Shown piece after piece: positions 37,196 through 50,137 of a DNA stretch of 64,000 bases. Below the pieces are notes generated by a model. That model saw only the letters and a program-made list of their open reading frames with translations. It was not told where the DNA came from and ran no database searches. This DNA comes from Mustelus asterias (Eukaryota). The stretch is taken from assembly GCF_964213995.1 (NCBI RefSeq), contig NC_135819.1:36394001-36458000 (forward strand). Direction: 5' to 3'. Numbering within the stretch: position 1 is the stretch's first letter; the number at the start of each line of letters is the position of its first letter. Position numbers and translations under genes: made by a program.

Positions 37196-38189
37196 CCTAC
37201 ATTGACGATGTTACCCCTCACCAGTAAGCACTGATTCCAGCGAGACCCCATGGGTCACCACCCTTTAATCCAAAAGGAATCCGTTTATTCCTACTCTCTG
37301 TCAGTGCTAACCACACCCCCCCCTTCCCCCTAAAGGTGTTCACTTCTCTCAAAATTGTTCAGCCCCCTCTTCCTCACCCACCGAGGAGGGTTCTCACCCC
37401 CCCAGGAGGGAGCGGGCACTATCTAGGGTGTGAGGACTCGGGTGAACATTGCCGGGAAGAATGGGTGGTGGTTAACATTTTCAGGAGGGGGGCTATGAAA
37501 CATTGCTGGGATAGTGGCTGATTATTGTTGTGGGTTCTGAAGCACTTTCACTCTCTGACTCTCCAATAGATTTGACAAAGGGTCATCTGGACTCGAAAGG
37601 TCAGCTCTTTTCTCTCCTCACAGATCTGCTGAGATTTTCCAGCATTTTCTCTTTTGGCTCCAATAGATTTACTTGGAGTTTCGCTGGTTTTCTATTGGCT
37701 CTGAAAAACTTTAGGTAAATCCAGGTAAAAACCAGGGTAAATACAGCACAAACAGCCTTTATCTCTGTGGCTCTAACCATCTGATCCCACTGCCATTGGG
37801 ATCAGGGAGTACTCCCAGCAGGGTAAAACTGGCAATCAGAACTTTAAACTTCCTGTGCAAGTACTGCAGGTGTGTGCAGGTCAGGACTTCCTCAGGGTCT
37901 CGAGGTGCAGACTCTGATTGGGAGAGGTGTTGGCATGGAGAATGCACCAGGGAATAGTTAACTGCCAAGATTGTGTAAATTCAAACACCGACAACTTTCC
38001 AATCAATCAACACTCTCTTCTAATGCAGTACAAATTATTGTTCCTTTTACGATTGCAAATCTGTCGTGATGAGTGAAAGACAAAAAGTTTTGACAGTATG
38101 TCCCTTTATTCATCAATGTCTGTTGGAGTCTTCAATCATGGTTCATACTGAATTAGAAAAGAGAGATTGATATCTCTACCCTAGCTTAC

Positions 38190-38284
38190 CAGTACAAGTG
38201 ATGCGCAACTCGAATACTCCTGATTGAACGATCAAGCAAAAATTCCACAAGAGGGTTGTTAAGGTGCCATTCGAACTTGACTGC
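38190..38284 (-). CDS. pik3c2g: PI3K-C2gamma exon: AVKFEWHLNNPLVEFLLDRSIRSIRVAHHLY(W)
   Basis: Acceptor ttcaacag and donor gtaagc; 95 nt. AVKFEW...AHxLYW motif. TG|G completes Trp with the next exon. Confidence 0.95.
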
Positions 38285-38744
38285 CTGTTGAACGTAGAAT
38301 AAATAGGCTTTTAAAAGTGGCTCATTGCATGCTACACAATTTACCAGTCTACATTTCAAATTTCAGGCACTGACTTAACTCAATATTAATACATGCTATC
38401 ATTCACTGCATGAACCTTTGAGATGTTGATTAGCAATTTATAAGTGGAGCTACGACTCACGATCATCAAGGCACAGACTAAATTAAAGGCCCCATGTGTG
38501 TCTGACATTTTTGTCTGTTGTCACTCACTCACAAACAGTGATTCAGAGTCTGTCAAAGAATTCACACCTCCATCTGTTACTCAAAACTACCTGGGGTGAA
38601 TTTCTAACATGGCAAAATGTACATACACCTCTGGGGCACCGCCAGCCTGCATCTGTTCATGTGTCTGCCAGTATAAAGTCCCAGAAGGGCTTCCAACACA
38701 TATCAAAGATTCATTCCTCCTGTTACTGTCATGCTCCTTCCCCT

Positions 38745-39530
38745 GCCTGGCGGCACAGTGGTTAGCACTGCTGCCTCACAGCGCCCGGGTCCCGGGTTCG
38801 ATTCCCGGCTTGGGTCGTTGTCTGTGCAGATTCTGTACATTCTCCCCGTGTCTGCGTGGCTTTCCTCCAGATGCTCGGGTTTCCTCCCACAGTCTGAGAG
38901 ATATGTTGCTTTGGCCATGCTAAATTCTTTAGATTTGATTTATAATAGATGTATTAGTATACAGTGACAATAATAAATCAGTCTACATTTCAAATTTCAG
39001 GTGCTGACGTAACTCAATATTAATACATGCTCTCATTCGCCGCATGAACCTTTGAGATGTTGATTAGCAATTTATAAGTGAAGCTACAACTCACAATCAA
39101 GACACGGGGTCAAATTAATCAAATACTGATTAAACAATCAGTATTGTTTCTTGCGCGTTATACAGACAAAGCATACTGTTCATAGAGAAGGAAAGGAGAG
39201 AGTGCAGAATGTAGTATTACAGTCATAGCTAGGGTGTAGAGAAAGATCAACTTAGTGTGAAGTAGGTCCCTCAGTGTACCCGAACAGATGCTGGAGTATG
39301 GTGGCTAGGGGATTTTCACAGTAACTTCATTGCTGTGTATATGTAAACCTAAAGAACAAAGAAGAACAAAGAACAAAGAACAGTACAGCACAGGAAACAG
39401 GCCCTTCGGCCCTCCAAGCCTGTGCCGCTCCTTGGTCCAACTAGACCAATCGTTTGTATCCCTCCATTCCCAGGCTGCTCATGTGACTATCCAGGTAAGA
39501 CTTGTGACACTAATAAATAAACTTAAACTT
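38745..39530 (+). mobile_element. V-SINE-B split by a Rex tail (minus, about 38930-39270, itself carrying a local duplication) and a young CR1 tail (minus, about 39350-39499)
   Basis: The SINE resumes at ctcagtgtacccgaacag (about 39270) and at cttgtgacactaataaa (about 39501). Confidence 0.85.
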
Positions 39531-39914
39531 GCCTACTCAAGTGAAAACTGGATCTGACCATGAATTATAATATTATAATGTGCAATGCAGGCATGCATTA
39601 ATCTGTACCTTTGTGTAAGCACGAACAAACGTTAGTACCAGGTTAAGACTATCAGTAACCAGAGTTGACTCATACCCAGAAGCTGTGAGCTTTTAAAATC
39701 ACCAATTAAGGGTAATTACAGACATATGACAGTCAACAAATTAAGGATGCTAAACTTAAAAATGCAATAGTGGAAGCACATTATATTACAATATTAAAGA
39801 GTGATAATATTAATGTTCCAGTGCTACTGTCTCATTGCAAATTCTTGGGGTCATTTTTAAAAATTATTTATTAGTCACAAGTAGGCTTACAATAACACTG
39901 CAATGAAGTTATCA

Positions 39915-40260
39915 GAGAAATCATAGAAACCCTACAGTACAGAAAGAGGCCATTCGGCCCATCGAGTCTGCACCGACCACAATCCCACCCAGGCCCTACC
40001 CCCATGTCCCTACATATTTTACCTGCTAATCCCTCTAATCTACGCATCCCAGGACACTAAGGGGCAATTTTAGCATGGCCAATCAACCTAACCCGCACAT
40101 CTTTGGACTGTGGGTGGAAACCCGAGCTCCCGGAGGAAACCCACGCAGACACGGGGAGAATGTGCAGACTCCGCACAGACAGTGACCTAAGTCTGGAATT
40201 GAACCCGGGTCCCTGGCGCTGTGAGGCAGCAGTGGTAACCACTCTGCCACCGTGCCGCCC
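39915..40260 (-). mobile_element. HE1-type V-SINE abutting a V-SINE-B tail (39860-39912)
   Basis: Full-length copy. Confidence 0.9.
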
Positions 40261-40859
40261 TAGGAAAACTAGTCTGTGTTTTTACTGTCCTTTAATAACC
40301 ATTAACATGTCAGTGAGTTGCTGAATAAAATGCTGCAGAGAGGCTAAATGACTTTCAGGGCTGCAAATCGAAGCCATTTCCTTTCACAGGTCCCATAATC
40401 CCATATTAAGGAGATTCGCTATCAAATATTCAACAGCAGCACAGTTTTAAATATGATGAAAATAAATTTTGTTTTGATTTTAGTCAGCTTGTTTTTCAAC
40501 CATGTGTCAGCAGACATGAAAGAAATGCCAATAAAGCCTTCAATGAATGATCTCCCCACTTAAATATGACACAATAACTATAACATTTTTACAGTACCTT
40601 TAACATAGCAAAATATCCCAAGGTGGTTAGCAGTGCTGCAATTAAACAAAGTTTGACACTAAGCAACATACGGAGATCATAGAACATAGAATCCCTACAG
40701 TGCAGAAGGAGGCCATTCGGCCCATCGAGTCTGGACCGACCACAATCCCACCCAGGTTGTACTCCTGTAACCCCTCATATTTACCCTGCTAATCCCCCTG
40801 ACATTAGGGTCAATTTAGCATGACCAATCCACCCAACCCACACATCTTTGAACCTAAAT

Positions 40860-41510
40860 TGCCTCTTTACTTCCTCCTCACCACTCACAATTCCATCTAG
40901 TTTTGTGTTGTCTGCAAACTTAGAAATATTATATTTCATTCCTTAGACCAAATCACTGATTTATATTGTGAATAGCTGGGGCCCAAGCACTGATTACTGT
41001 GGGACCCCACTAGCCACCACTGTCCATTCCAAAAAGAATCCATTTATTCCTACTCTCTGTTTCCTGTCTGCTAACTTATTCGCAATGTGGAGATGCCAGC
41101 GTTGGACTGGGGTGAACACAGTAAGAGTTTTAACAATGGGGTCTTTAACCTGGTGTTGTTAAAACTGTAACATATTCGCAATCCATGCCACTTGACTACC
41201 TCCAATCCTGTGCATTTTAACTTTGCACTTTCCTCTTATGTAGGACTTTATCAAAAGCTTTCTGAAAATTCAAATACACTGTATCCACAGGTTCTCCCTT
41301 ATCGATTCTACTAGTTATGTCTTCAAACAAAAAGTTCAGCAGATTTTTCAAATGCGATTTCCCTTTGAGAGATCCATGTTAATTTTGTCTAATCTTGTTG
41401 ATATTTTGAAATGCCCGTTATTACAACTTTGAGAATAGACTAGCATTTTCCCATGACGTTAGGCTAACCAGTATGCAATTTCCTCTTTTCTCCCACCCTC
41501 CTTTTTTAAA
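40860..41510 (-). mobile_element. Old CR1 RT fragment
   Basis: Reverse complements of FADxTKL and PVDxVYLNFQKAFDKV motifs. Confidence 0.75.
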
Positions 41511-41635
41511 TATTTTGCAATCAGGCCACTGTAGCAGAGTCAAACCTTTATAGTGTTACAAATATCTCACTATGATACTGGCTCTATTAACTTGACAGCA
41601 AAGTTAGAAACTTTTTTAAAAAGTTCAGCTCCCTG

Positions 41636-42154
41636 TAAGAACATAAGAACATAAGAAATAGGAGCAGGAGTAGGCCATCTAGCCCCTCGAGCCTGCCCCG
41701 CCATTCAATAAGATCATGGCTGATCTGAAGTGGATCAGTTCCACTTACCCGCCTGATCCCTATAAGCCCTAATTCCCTTACCAATCAGGAATCCATCTAT
41801 CCGTGATTTAAACATATTCAACGAGGTAGCCTCCACCACTTCAGTGGGCAGAGAATTCCAGAGATTCACCACCCTCTGAGAGAAGTTCCTCCTCAACTCT
41901 GTCCTAAACTGACCCCCCTTTATTTTGAGGCTGTGCCCTCTAGTTCTAGCTTCCTTTCTAAGTGGAAAGAATCTCTCCACCTCTACCCTATCCAGCCCCT
42001 TCATTATCTTATAGGTTTCTATAAGATCCCCCCTCAGCCTTCTAAATTCCAATGAGTACAAACCCAATCTGCTCAGTCTCTCCTCATAATCAACACCCCT
42101 CATCTCTGGTATCAACCTGGTGAACCTTCTCTGCACTCCCTCCAAGGCCAATAT
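41636..42154 (-). mobile_element. Young CR1 3' fragment
   Basis: ORF 41735..42151; (aagaacat)n tail on the plus strand. Confidence 0.95.
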
Positions 42155-42227
42155 AAGGTAGAATAATGTAAGGTAGAAGAGCGAGGTTCATCTTTAATTC
42201 TGTGATACTTTATCAAAGCCTATTTAC

Positions 42228-42321
42228 CTGAACTAACTGTGGCAGATAATCTAACAGTTCATCATCCAGCATGGTCCCAATCTGTTCGACTGCAGCCTGA
42301 CGAAGCTCTTGATCCGAGAAG
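42228..42321 (-). CDS. pik3c2g: PI3K-C2gamma exon: (S)FSDQELRQAAVEQIGTMLDDELLDYLPQLVQ
   Basis: Acceptor ccatttgataag and donor cag|gtaaat; 94 nt. Carries the canonical DxELLxYLPQLVQ helical-domain motif. Confidence 0.95.
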
Positions 42322-43230
42322 CTTATCAAATGGAAAACAGAAGATACAAAGTGGAACAGTGAGTGAACTTATTCCAACTCTTTAGCACACAAGTCGCAGC
42401 TGAACAACATCATGTTAAAGCCAACTCGGAATTCAACTGAATTTTTAAATTTTACTCATGTTTTTACTCTCAGAACAAAGTTAATTCCATTCCATTCAGG
42501 TGCCAAGCCTCTTTTTTGACCAGAATTTCCTCTTTTCAAATAAAGATGTGCCTCTTTTTATTAGTTTGAACATGGCTTGCTACCAAGATGGTGAGTCCAA
42601 ATGATTTTGCGGAACATAATCTCATCAGTTAGAATGACTGAGGCCCAGGCAATCATGCAGCACATACAGTGATTCTTTAGCTTTCTTGAAGTAACTAACA
42701 TAGTTAGCAATGATGAAAATAAAACCCTCATTGAACTTGCTGTGGCATTTGCAAATGGCATGGTGGCAAATTGATTTAAAATAATTCAATGGTCAAGCTT
42801 TTGTTGAGTGTGGGAGGAAGAAATCGGATGATGTAATTTGACTAGAGGGTTTGTCCCTCGATACCAGTTTAGACAATGAGAACGTGGAAGTGTGGCAGTT
42901 TAACATGGGTCAGATGGATCACATAAACTTCAAACATTTTGTAAGGAAGTTTCACTGTTTGAGAAAGAAAACCAAGGAACAAAAATAGCAAGCTAATGTA
43001 AATAACGCTGCATATGTCATGATGACAATGGGAAAATTCTGCAGGAAGGAATTCCCACAGGACGTATCATCAACTTCATTCACTGACTTCATATTTTAAT
43101 AGGGAGGGAGGCTGCCAAAGGCAATGTCGCCGCTCTGCACAGATTGGGGAATATTAGAAACAGGAGGAAGATATTCAGCTTCCTGAGCCTGCTCCTCCAT
43201 TCAATTAGATATTGGCCGATCTGTACCTCA

Positions 43231-43516
43231 TCTTTAACTTATTAGTTTATTGATTAGTGTCACAAGTAGGCTTACGTTAACACTGCAATGAAGTTACTGT
43301 GAAAATCCCCTAGTCGCCACACTCCGGCGCCTATTCGGGCACACACAGGGAGAATTTAGCACGGCCAATGCACCTAACCAGCACGTCTTTCAAACTGTGG
43401 GAGGAAACCGGAGCACCCGGAGGAAACCCACACAGACATGGGGAGAACGTCACAGACAGTGACCCAAGCCGGGAATTGAACCCGGCTCCCTGGTGCTCTG
43501 AGGCAGAGGTGCTAAA
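43231..43516 (-). mobile_element. V-SINE subfamily B
   Basis: B tail and V core. Confidence 0.88.
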
Positions 43517-43621
43517 TCAGCGAGCTCAGCACACCTGACCTGATATGAATGTCTGTACAAGCTGGTATGGTTAACTTGGGCAAAGGGTCATCCAACACTA
43601 TCATCTATTAACAAACTATTA

Positions 43622-44432
43622 ACAAATGCGAGGTTATTCATTTTGGAAGAAATAATAGCAAACTGGATTATTATCTAAATGGAAAGAAATTACAACATGC
43701 TGCTGTGCAGAGGGACCTGGGGGTCCTTGTGCATGAGACGCAAAAACCCAGTCTACAGGTGCAACAGGTGATCAAGAAGGCAAATGGGATGTTGGCCTAT
43801 ATCGCAAGGGGGATAGAATACAAAAGCAGAGATGTCTTGCTGCATCTGTACAGGGCATTGGTGAGGCCGCAGCTGGAATACTGTGTGCCGTATTGGTCCC
43901 CTTATTTGCGGAAGGATATATTGGCCTTGGAGGGAGTGCAGAGAAGGTTCACCAGGTTGATACCAGAGATGAGGGGTGTTGACTATGAGAAGAGACTGAG
44001 CAGATTGGGTTTGTACTCGTTGGAATTTAGAAGGCTGAGGGGGGATCTTATAGAGACCTATAAGATAATGAAGGGGCTGGATAGGGTAGAGATGGAGAGA
44101 TTCCTTCCACTTAGAAAGGAAGCTAGAACTAGAGGGCACAGCCTCAAAATAAAGGGGGGTCAGTTTAGGACAGAGTTGAGGAGGAACTTCTTCTCTCAGA
44201 GGGTGGTGAATCTCTGGAATTCTCTGCCCACTGAAGTGGTGGAGGCTACCTCGTTGAATATGTTTAAATCACGGATAGATGGATTCCTGATCGGTAAGGG
44301 AATTAGGGGTTATGGGGATCAGGCGGGTAAGTGGAACTGATCCATTTCAGATCAGCCATGATCTTATTGAATGGCAGGGCAGGCTCGAGGGGCTAGATGG
44401 CCTACTCCTGCTCCTATTTCTTATGTTCTTAT
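43622..44432 (+). mobile_element. Young CR1 3' fragment (same subfamily as 41636-42154, opposite orientation)
   Basis: Intact ORF 43705..44340. Confidence 0.95.
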
Positions 44433-46519
44433 CTGTCAATGTGCAGGGAGCAAAACCAATGATAACTGTAGATGTGCTCTCAGTAGTATAGAACATGCCA
44501 TCTCACAAATGCTTCACTAAGTATTGTTTTGGGATTCAAAATTAATCCAGGCAGGCTCAGGCTCAGGCTCACTTGTAGAAAGGGGTGCAGGATAGATATA
44601 AGGGTGGTGTTTAAAGATCTTCTGGGCACCAGACATTATGTGAGAGTGCAGACTAATGGGAATCATCAATGTCTTCTGGCATTGGCAAGCATGGGGAAGG
44701 AGCTGGTTGCCACTGTGACAGCAACCTCTGAAAGTAATGAGCCCACGCTGATGCCAGCAGGGGAGATTTTTGTTACTGATGCAAGTATACCAGGATTAGT
44801 TAAACACAAAGGGAGCAGATGACGGAGGTGCCACTCATCGTAGCTACTCACTCTGCTAACATGCTGAGAACTGGGGCACCCACAGGGTGCACGCAGAACC
44901 TGGCATTCAAAATGAGCCAATACAAGAGGAAGACTTTGAATGTGCTCAACACATGCACTTAAAACAGTGAACAACAGTATTTTATAAATATATCTCGTAG
45001 TCTACCATCTTTTTGCTGTGCAGGACAGAGGGGGTCCTAAGTAAAGCCAACTGAAATAATGACGCCCTCAACAAACGCTGTTGGTTATAAATAAACCCAA
45101 TAGAAATTGGATGACCAACCATATACGAGACATCCACCTCCTGGGCTACAGTGACTGATGAGTACACTATTTGTGTATTAATAGCCGTTGAGTTGTCAGT
45201 AAGCCACTGGGTGACCACATATTTTAACCTGTTGTTGTTAAACTTCTTACTGTGTTTACCCCAGTCCAATGCCGGCATCTCCACATCATGACCACATATC
45301 ACCAGTGAGGTTGCAGCTGGCAACTAATAGCTGCCTCTACTATTGCTGGTTCTCTTTTCGAGTGCAGTTTGTAAAATATAAAAGCAGGATTTGGTTATTG
45401 AGTTGGATGATCAGCCACGATCGTAATGAATGGCGGAGCAGGCTCGAAGGGCCAAATGGCCTCCTCCTGCTCCTATCTTCGATGTGCGAGAGCTTCTGAT
45501 ACCCTCCTGAACGGAGGAGTGAGTGGGGAAGGATTTTGCTGTTGAACATAGGCATTTAAAACGGCATCATTCAGCATACATGGGGCTGATCGAAGTTTCA
45601 GCTGAAATTTGGCACTGACGGTTTGTATGTACCTGTGCAACTCTGCACAAATTGCTCTCGATCAGCAGTTAGGAAGGCTGCTGCCCAGAGCAGTGAAATT
45701 TATTTTCTCTGCTAATTCCCAGCAACAGAGCTGGTGGCACAACTGAACAAATAGGTTGACTACGCTTCTGTCAGAATCGATGTACTGAGCCTGGACATTG
45801 CAATAACTATTCATTTTAGACATTTACTCCACAGGATTTTGGGCAATGGCATAAATCCTTCTCTCCATACTGCACTCATTGAATTCCTGTTTTTTGCCTC
45901 ATTCACCAAAGCACTTTTCCCTGCCCCCCCCTCCCCACCCATGTTTCAAAAACAAGTCATCTTGTCTCCATGCAACATTTCGCCAATATAGTTCCTCCCA
46001 CCTCCGCATCACACCCCAGCAACAGGCAAGATTCAGTTCCACTGAAACAGGTGGTGTTGGTGGCAATATGCCCTGAACCAAATGAATTAGATGGCGCCTG
46101 CCAAGTGCTAAGCCCAACCTGTTTGACATTATGTAGCGTGTTTACAAGTCCATTTGCCAAGCCGATTTTTATTCCCAAATTACGGACAACAGGAGGGTGC
46201 AGTAGAGAACAGGCCCTGCTGACAGAACATTGTCTCAAATTGATTAGCCTGTGGAGACTGGCTTCTTACAGTTCCATTACTGGGGAACGTTGAAAGATGT
46301 TATCAGTTTATCCTGTAATCATAGTGCTGTGAGGTTGCCTATCAAATCCTCCTCCCACTAACATACGCTGCAGTGTCTGTAACTGCTGGTAACGGTATAT
46401 TAACCTGTCAAAAACAGTTTGAAAATCCATAAAAATAAAATTTGCACAGCAGCTTGGTGCAGGCCTTTTGCCTTCTTGGCTAGTCGAAGTACACATCACG
46501 GTAAGCGGAATTAAGAGGA

Positions 46520-47000
46520 TCAACTTATGAGAAGGGGTTACATAGACTAGGTTGCATCCCTTGAATATAGAAGATTATGCTAACTGAGGTATTTACAAAT
46601 GGATAAAGAGCAGGGTAGACGGAGAGAAACTCTTTCTCCTGGTGAAGAAGTCCAAAATAAGGGCGCAGGCTCTTAATAAAGGGTTATCCGTAGGGTGAAG
46701 TCAGGAAGTAATTCTTCTCTCGAATTCTGGTGGAAATCTGGAACTCACTGCTCCAAAAGAGCTGTTGAGGCTTGAGGGGTTGGTGTTGGGGGTGGGCGGT
46801 GGGGGCGGGGTGGGGTAAGGGGGGCAGGGGCATCAACTGAAATGTTCAAAACTGAGAATGCTCGGTTTGCTTTAGGTAAGGGTAAACAGGGCGATAGAAC
46901 AAAGTGGGCAGATAAATCTAAAATACAGATCAGCCATGGTCTAAATGGATGGGTGGAAGAGACACGGAGTGGGGTGGAGGTTGTGAATGATTGACTCAAT
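46520..47000 (+). mobile_element. Old CR1 3' fragment
   Basis: Degenerate CR1 C-terminus and cagatcagccatg tail. Confidence 0.6.
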
Positions 47001-47217
47001 ATATATGTCCCTCGAGAGCCTCAGGGCCCACGTGTGAAGCTGAAATCCAAGTTCCCATCAATTCACTTCCATCTAAAATTGCAGATATGAGCGGACCCCT
47101 GTTCTCTGATTTAGGACTCGTACCTCAGTCAGGCAAATAGCCCCTTTCAAAAACCTGTCTTCCACAAAACCGAAACACTACCAGTGAACAGGAATGAAAC
47201 AAATATGCGCAGATAGG

Positions 47218-49333
47218 TGTGACGATACTGCGCCTTGAAGAAATGTATTTTAATCATGTTTCTTTGAAGGATGTTTCAAGCAGGTCCTGGCATTTTATTG
47301 GTGCTGTGTTATCTGTAACTGGTATCTGTGATTGCTGCTGAGCCAGTATAATTGACATCATGTTCATTTTTAATCTGGACTAATGCAGTGTTCTGAGGTT
47401 TTAGTGGTCTTTTGGGGATTGCTGAGTGGAGCTTGATTTGGGGATGATTGGCCGGTCAGGTGATAGGCTGGGAACAATCTTTTATTCTACAGAGCATTCC
47501 AAGTTTTTAGTTTCATTTCTCAGTTGCTGCCAGGAGCTGGTGGAAGATACAATCTCTCTCTATCTCTCTCTAGAGGCTTTCTGAAAGTTCCAGGACCGGG
47601 AAGCCTCGGAGATCTGATCCAACATACAAAAGGACCAATACACAGTTAAAAAGCTGAAGATCCACCATCACACGATGCTTGCTGTTTGTGCCAAGTCTGA
47701 AGAAAGTGCATGTCTGTGGGATGGTGTTTAACTTGGAACAGCAGAGATAGCTAGCTGTTAGGAGTTATACTGCATCATTTTTAAGCTTCATAATTGATAA
47801 AGATTATACTCATTTATTTTTGTTATATTTTAACTGTGTTCTTAAATAAACTTTGTTTGATAAAAGCTTCCTAGTGGATCACCTTATTTTATTTTTTAAA
47901 ATTTATTTTATTCATTTATTAGTGTCACAAGTAGGCTTACATTAACTCTGCAATGAAGTTACTGTGAAAATCCCCTAGTCGCCACACTCCAGCACCTGTT
48001 CGGATACACTGAGGGAGAATTTAGCATGGCCAATGCACCTAACCAGCACGTCTTTCAGACTGTGCAAGGAAACCGGAGCACCCGGAGGAAACCCACGCAG
48101 ACACGGGGAGAATGTGCAAACTCCGCACAGAGAGGAATTGAACCCGGGTCCCTGGCGCTGCACAGCAGCAGTGCTAACCACCATGCCACTCGAATCATAC
48201 CTGGAGTGAAGCACCTTGTGGGCGATTCTCCCAGCCAATGCAGCAAGCCGGGAGACATCAGCAGAGACTGTTTAGCGGGCTCCCCACTGGACGCCATGGG
48301 ACCCTGCGCGTCATCAGCTCCGTGCCAATTTGAAATATTAAAATTTGAATATCATTGATGGACCCGGGACTGAAGTCTTTAGGTCAGCTAGCTTCTCCTC
48401 CTCTGCCAGGAGTGTTTCACTCCAGCAGGGTTTACAATAGCTCCCCACTAATGGTGGCCCAACCCCGTTGCAGCGAACAAAAGCCATGGATGCCCCCCAA
48501 GGAGGTTGGAGGTAAGGGGCATGCTCCCTGGGCAGTGCCAGCCTGGCCCCCTGACACTGCCCAAGGGGCAAATGGCAATTCCCAAGGGGTACCTTGGCAC
48601 TGCCCACTGTGCATCAGGCAGTGGCAAGGGGGCAGGCCCTATTGGGGGCGGGACCTATAGGGGGCTGATGGGTGAGGGTGGTGGGGATCCCGCTGCCACT
48701 CTGCAAAAGGATTGGTGGCAGAGGGAGTGAAGATGGCGATCGGACTGGCCGTCTGGGCATGGTGTGTGGGGGGAATTGGGGGGGGGGGGGGGGGGGGCGG
48801 GGGGCTGCCGGGGGGGGGGGGGGGGGGGTCGTGGAGATCAGGGCTGGTGGGGGAGAGACATTGGGGCTTGTCCAGAGAGCTCAGAGAGGCCAGCGATGGG
48901 GGGCTGGGGGGGGGGGGGGGGGTCAGAGGGGCAGCAATGGGGTGTTGCGGGGCTGGCTAGCAATCAGGAGGCCGGCAGTGCGGGGCTACTGCGCATGCGC
49001 TGATCTCTGTGCTGACAGATCGGCGCATGTGCAGTGGCGCACTCAGTGCAATGCTGCCGGCCTCTCCAGCGGGAATAGGCCCCGTCCATTGATTTTCAGT
49101 GTGAATCACGCTAGGGCCCTCTGCAGTGCTCAGTGTGTGGGAGAATCATTTTGAAATTCCCGCTAAAAAAAAAAATTCGCGCGAGTTACTCCAGTTTTTA
49201 CGCGAATTTGGCACTTTTTAGGAGAATTCCCCCCCCCCCCCATTATGCGCACCTGTGCTAAAATCAAATGTAAAACTTAGAGTCCAGGCTAACTTCATAG
49301 AACATCTTGGAGTTTCTGGCCTGGGTCTTATCA
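47218..49333 (+). mobile_element. Solo LTR containing a V-SINE-B (about 47905-48188, minus) and a DNA transposon (about 48220-49240)
   Basis: TGT...TCA ends; 4-bp TSD TAGG (47214-47217 and 49334-49337); AATAAA near 47845. Confidence 0.7.
48220..49240. mobile_element. Non-autonomous DNA transposon (Harbinger/MITE-like), about 1 kb
   Basis: Imperfect TIRs gggcgattctcc / ggagaattcccc; homologous to 1-625. Confidence 0.65.
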
Positions 49334-49827
49334 TAGGTTGGAATTATGGGGTTTTGCTTCTTCAAGACTCGAAACCAATTAACGAATTGGACATGCCAGT
49401 TTGATCGACTTGCCTAACAACTTACCACACAGGCATCATTAACTCCAAATTATAACACTTTGAAACAAATAGGCAAAGGCAATTAATTTAAAAAATCATT
49501 TATATAAATTCTGAGTGTACAGAATTGTATAAAACACTGAATCCATGTTTAGTATTTTTAGTCCCAAAGATGAATTGGTGAGGAAATCACTGAAGCAGCA
49601 CTTTCATAGAGTCGCTGATGATTTCGAAAATCCAGCTCTCAAATCAACCAACCTGGAGTGGCCAAATAGTCAATGGTCTGAACTGCGAGGTCAGATACAG
49701 CATTGGACAACCTAAATTAAACTGCAGCCAGCAGTTTGAGCCGCCAGGCCGGATGGCAATTCGGACAGGCTACCTTTAAATACACACAGGTCAGGGGTGA
49801 GAATGAGGTCTGAATGTGGGAGGTATC

Positions 49828-50137
49828 GGCGGCACGGTGGCACTGTGGTTAGCATTGCTGCCTCACAGTGCCAGGGACCCAGGTTCGAATCCTGGCTTGG
49901 GTCACTGCGCCGAGTTTGCATGTTCTCCCCGTGTCTGCGTAGGTTTCCTCCGGGTGCTCCAGTTTCTTCCCACAGTCTGAAAGACATGCTGGTTAGGTGC
50001 ATTGGCCATGCTAAGTTCTCCCTCAGTGTACCCGAACAGACGCCAGAGTGTGGCGGCTAGGGGATTTTCACAGTAAATTCATTCCAGTGTTAATGTAAAC
50101 CTACTTGTGATTAATAAATAAACTTTAACTTTACTTT
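49828..50137 (+). mobile_element. V-SINE subfamily B
   Basis: Head, core and B tail. Confidence 0.9.

Noticed and set aside
36239-37227. Long Pro/His/Thr-rich ORFs (263-306 aa)
   Set aside because: They are open in several frames only because the minisatellite lacks stop codons.
48775-48925. Gly-rich ORFs over poly-G runs
   Set aside because: Homopolymer tracts within a non-coding transposon; run lengths may be sequencing-dependent.
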